A stretch of DNA of 63,889 nucleotides, filler included, from Octopus bimaculoides (Eukaryota): NCBI RefSeq assembly GCF_001194135.2. It is 10 parts of 9 records of this genome, joined end to end, with 100 filler letters (N's around TTAATTAATTAA, not from the genome) between each part and the next. Parts side by side here need not be neighbours in the genome. Positions count along the whole stretch, not along the records: positions 56,155 to 62,038 come from NC_068988.1; positions 62,139 to 63,889 come from NC_068993.1; 8 more parts are not named here. The stretch is one strand, 5' to 3'. The first letter of the stretch is position 1; each line of letters begins with the position of its first letter. Position numbers and translations under genes: made by a program. Below the pieces are notes generated by a model. The model was not told where the DNA came from and did no database searches. It saw nothing but the letters and a program-made list of their open reading frames with translations. Below, in pieces: positions 59,475-63,889 of the stretch.

Positions 59475-61211
59475 ATCACACCGCCTCCTCTCCTCAGATC
59501 AAATGAAAACATTGAGTAAAATAATAACGACAACGAAATTCAATTCTCTCTCATATCAGGAATTTTAATGAAATTGCGTATTAATATTTTATTTTTTGAA
59601 AAAAAAAAAGAATTTGCTCTAATCAACGTTTCAAATGTAGAATTTTGTGTTGAATCTTTTCATAATAAAAGAAGACAGAAAGAGAGAGACAGAGAGAAGA
59701 AGTGAGAGAATATTTATGTTGGTTTATTTTATAGTTAACATCACCTTGTATGTTCTGATGAAATAAAATAATGTCGTATAGGAAAGATGTCATGACGTAT
59801 TTTAGCGATTTTAATATCCTTAGCATATTCCATAAATGTTAGAGGGCAATATTTTCTCCTAACTATAATTCTCGGACTTCATAAATTTTTTAAGGCATCA
59901 TTTATACAATGTAGGTTACGGAAACCTTTAAAACAAAAACAATTTTCCTAAAATTGAAAATTTATTATTATAAGTCAGTTAATCGAATGTTAGATAAGGT
60001 TTAATACGTATGCTTTAAAACCGGAATTTAATTTCACGAAAGGCAATATCTAAATTGTAAGTCAGCAATAAAAAGATATGCTATCACTGATCTATGAAAT
60101 TGATATATTAATGAGCTTCTTATCTTCGTGGAGAGATATTAAAACAAAATCAGAATTAAAGTCTAGAAACATAAATTCATTATTAATGTTTGTGATGAGA
60201 AGGCATTCCCCACTGTTCTATAATGATGGTGTGTCTGATTTCAAATAATTGCATTATTATGGATTTTAATTAGATGTTATAAAGAAATTCCCCGATTGAA
60301 ACCGTTCACGGAAGCATGTTCGGAATTGATTGATACTAACCGACAAAAGACATAACATGAAAGAAACCTGATTCAGGGATAATAGATTTAAAAAAAAAAA
60401 CCATTTACAAAATAATGCAACTAAATCCAAATACGCATTTTTAATACCATTTGCATGACAAAATTGAATTAAGGAACATACTTCATTTTATTTTGCTCTA
60501 TCTTTCTCTGTCTATCTCACTTTCTCTTGGTGGTCTTTGTTTTCTCTAAGTATATCTCTCACTTTCTCGCTTTTCTAGTGTTTCAGTGTTGAAAACACAC
60601 ATTCGTGAGCATGCATAGACAATGATATAGCTTTATCTTGGTTTTGAGCATGTAGTTATTGGTTGTCCAGAAAGAAAAATTCCTTGTGTATAGAAACAAT
60701 CTGAACCTGACTTGTATGAATTTTTCTATTGAAATTTCGTTTTCTTTAAAGATTAAATGTATTTGTAATAACGGCAAACTTTTCATTAAAACGTAGTGCA
60801 CTGATCCTCACGGTTATGTAGCTGTCATTATATTACAGTTTGCATTTGCAAACATGTATGCATATGAATGAGTTGAGTAACACAAAGAATTTAGCTGATA
60901 CATACATGTTTGTTATAATAGAATCAATACTTAAAATTAATGATACCAATTATATTTATTTCTTTATATTGTGTACTAGTATCAACTTTATATTAAAAAT
61001 GGATATATTATTGACTTTTCTCGAAATATTAAACAAAGGCGTTTATTGGTAAGTTTTGTTGTGAAAGCAGAAGAGATATCGCTCTTTCGGGCTGAGTTCC
61101 TTTTTCAAGTGTAGAGAAGTGTAGACTGTTATGGTCGCAGTCAAATGACTGAAACAAGTAACAATAAAAGAATAAAAGAAATATACATCCAATATGTGTG
61201 TTTGTGTGTGA

Positions 61212-61259
<48 letters not shown>

Positions 61260-61552
61260 TTGCCTGTGTGAATGTGGTAAGTGTGTATATGTATTTTAAG
61301 AAAGTTAAATTTCTATAGGCGTTCCAAATCTTTATGTAACAAGGAATGTATACAAATAGTTTGAATAATGAGGATATTAACGGATTTTTTTTTATATAAA
61401 AGAATCTGATAAAGGGAATATTTACTGCTATATGATTTGTTCGTTATTATTGGATTATCTCTTTCGCTTCATACTATTTAATCTCATACATACGTAGATA
61501 CTTAGGCATGTATGCGTACAACCGCCCCACATTTATATAAATACATACATAC

Positions 61553-61634
<82 letters not shown>

Positions 61635-61869
61635 TGTATAATCATGCTCAAATATAATGACGGAAGAGAAAGAAATAAGGAAAAATTAAACACATGAAAT
61701 TAGCCATAGAAAATACACGGGGGAAGGAAAATCTTAGACATAGAAAACACGGGGGTAGGAAAATATATGCCACATAAAAAAAATGGAAGATTTAACTTAT
61801 CTAAGTTTTCTCTTTGTGAAGTAAAAGGGCTTAGCGAATAAGAGGTAAAAAACAGAAACATAAATAATA

Positions 61870-62038
61870 GGCACAGTGTGTCTGCGTGGTAAGTAGCTTG
61901 CTTACCAGCCACATGGTTCCGGTTTCAGTCCCACTGCGTGGAACCTTGGACAAGTGTCTTCTACTATAGCCTCGGGCCGACCAAAGCCTTGTGAGTGGAT
62001 TTGGTAGACGGAAACTGAAAGAAGCCCGTCGTATATAT
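61870..62038 (+). mobile_element. tRNA SINE with CORE-like segment
   Basis: GTGGTAAGTAGCTTGCTT...CCTTGGACAAGTGTCTTCTACTATAGCC...GAAGCCCGTCG then (TA)n. Confidence 0.8.
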
Positions 62039-62169
62039 NNNNNNNNNNNNNNNNNNNNNNNNNNNNNNNNNNNNNNNNNNNNTTAATTAATTAANNNNNN
62101 NNNNNNNNNNNNNNNNNNNNNNNNNNNNNNNNNNNNNNGCTTCCTATTCTCTATCTCATAGTCGCACTG

Positions 62170-62239
62170 AATCATAAAATCCCATAGGATCTTTGCATTA
62201 TTATTTTTGATGATGCCTTCAGGTTTGTGGCCGTACCTA

Positions 62240-62270
<31 letters not shown>

Positions 62271-63503
62271 AACCATAACCACCATCACCTCCACCACCTC
62301 CATCACCACCACCACCACCACCACCACCACCATCACCAACACCACCACCACTACCATCATCACCACCACCACCTTCATTTTCCTCCTCCTCCTCCTCCTG
62401 ATCATCATCATCATCATCATCATCACATTTCTCAGACTGATTTTATGTCGATATCTTTTGATCAGGAGCGGGCCATAACTAAAGACCATGGGTCCTGTCA
62501 ATTTTCTCATTCCATTTACATTGATATAACTCTTTGCGAAACCATGGTTGTTCCAATTTGTGCTGTTTTCTGGAGCATCTCAGTCTTGATAGTGAGTCCA
62601 CTTTTGAAATTGGCTTGTTACGGTTCCAATTGTTCCTAACGTAACAGGAATAACCCACATTTTCTTCAGATCCTACAAACGTATGCTTCAAATGTTGGTA
62701 CCTATCCACTTTATCCCACGTTTTCTCTACCACGCGGAGATCTCTTAGAGGATAGCAATGTCAAGAAACCTTTCTTCTTTTTCAATCAGGATTAAATCAT
62801 TATTCAAACCTCAGTGTAGTTTTCCATAATCTCATACTTACAGATAAGAAGTTTCGAAGAGTAGGTGCTATTTTACAAATTTCCAAATATTTTTGGATCC
62901 AGCTATGTGGTAAACTATCAAAAGCCTTTTTATAGTCTATCAAGGCTATTGATAAGTTCTTGTGTGTTTTTTGTGACAATCAACCAAGTTCATCTTATTG
63001 ATAAGAAGCTGATCTTTGCAACTATAGGACTCACGTTTACATCCTTTTTGCTCATTAGGGAAGATGCCACTTTCTATTAAATAGTATATAAGTGTATTCA
63101 CTCAAAACAGTTGTTAGTATCTTATATATGGTTGTTAAGCAGGTTATGTGTCTATAATTTTTTGGTTAATTTGTTTCTTCATTTCTCTATAATTTTTTTA
63201 TTCATTTGTTTCCTCATTAACTAGCCAAAAGCGCGTCATATTAAGTTGCTGCAAAACCTTGTCAGCAGTTCACGACATTCTGAAAAAGCATTTAAACAGA
63301 AGTTAGGAATTTTATTTTTTCCTGGAGACTTCCATCTGCTTGATTTTCTGACAGTAGATCTTACATTCTCTACTTTGACACCGTCCCAATTTTGCTCTTC
63401 TAAGGAGGCTGAATCGGTAAATATTTTATCAATCCAAGGGCCTTTTTATTGTGCGGTTTTTCTACTGCCGAAAGTTTAATCCAAAATTCCTGCACTTCTT
63501 TTA
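62170..63503 (-). mobile_element. R4/Dong-type non-LTR retrotransposon, degenerate RT fragments
   Basis: EFW..KPHNKKA, WKSPGKNKIPNF, EQKGC, CKDQLLIN and IDYKKAFDSLPHSWI motifs across frames. Confidence 0.8.
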
Positions 63504-63510
63504 ATGGGAC

Positions 63511-63690
63511 TATTATTGTTATTATTATTATTATTATTATTTTATGTTTGACTTTTGTTTTGCATTTGTACAAGTTGGATCTAAGTCTCATCCAGAGACC
63601 TCAAGAGACAACAAGTTAGAAGTTCATGTAGGTGTTATGCCTAGGGTACCATATATTTGGATTTGTACAGTTTTGTTCAAGTGAATGTTT
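63511..63690 (-). repeat. (TAA)n tract plus probable 3' end of another non-LTR copy
   Basis: Minus strand ...AGTCAAACATAAA runs directly into (ATA)n; family assignment inferred. Confidence 0.45.
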
Positions 63691-63790
63691 AAGAAACCAT
63701 AAGAAAATTATGTGTTTTTTGATTTTTTAGATCATGTAGTCCTGTTTAGCCATTCAATCATGATTTGATTTTTTAGATCATGTAGTTCTG

Positions 63791-63793
<3 letters not shown>

Positions 63794-63869
<76 letters not shown>

Positions 63870-63881
63870 GTTATTATTATT
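63794..63881. repeat. (ATT)n microsatellite
   Basis: Directly visible. Confidence 0.97.
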
Positions 63882-63889
63882 AGTCAACA

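Noticed and set aside
60441-60458. PFA* resembling the PPIL3 C-terminus
   Set aside because: Upstream in-frame sequence (KSKYAFLI) does not match and there is no acceptor

Overview
AT-rich, microsatellite-dense, gap-ridden animal genomic DNA. The repeat families and gene structure suggest a cephalopod, probably Octopus (inference). Two host genes are recognisable in head-to-head arrangement. CIP2A is on the minus strand, with coding exons 27379-27480 and 25938-26097 and a probable 5'UTR exon ending at 31206. PPIL3 (cyclophilin-like 3) is on the plus strand, with four clear coding exons between 35362 and 39552 and a probable ATG-only exon end at 33081-33083; its last exon is not visible. The rest is mostly transposon debris: a near-full-length dead Tx1/L1 LINE, RTE, CR1 and R4/Dong fragments, Penelope-like (Naiad-type) relics, several tRNA-SINE families, and MITEs of piggyBac, hAT, mariner/Tc1 and pogo type, often nested. 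The most interesting hand-found signals are: (1) several families of minimal hammerhead-ribozyme motifs in short Penelope-LTR-like repeats, one with an inverted partial copy; (2) an RTE copy with twin-priming-like 5' inversion geometry and a PHD-finger insertion in its RT; (3) a structured 54-nt tandem repeat in the Tx1 5'UTR; (4) a piggyBac-like end carrying a splice acceptor in sense orientation inside CIP2A intron 2; (5) a trimeric higher-order minisatellite. All alignments were done by eye from recalled family motifs; no database search was run, and repeat boundaries without TSD or TIR are approximate.
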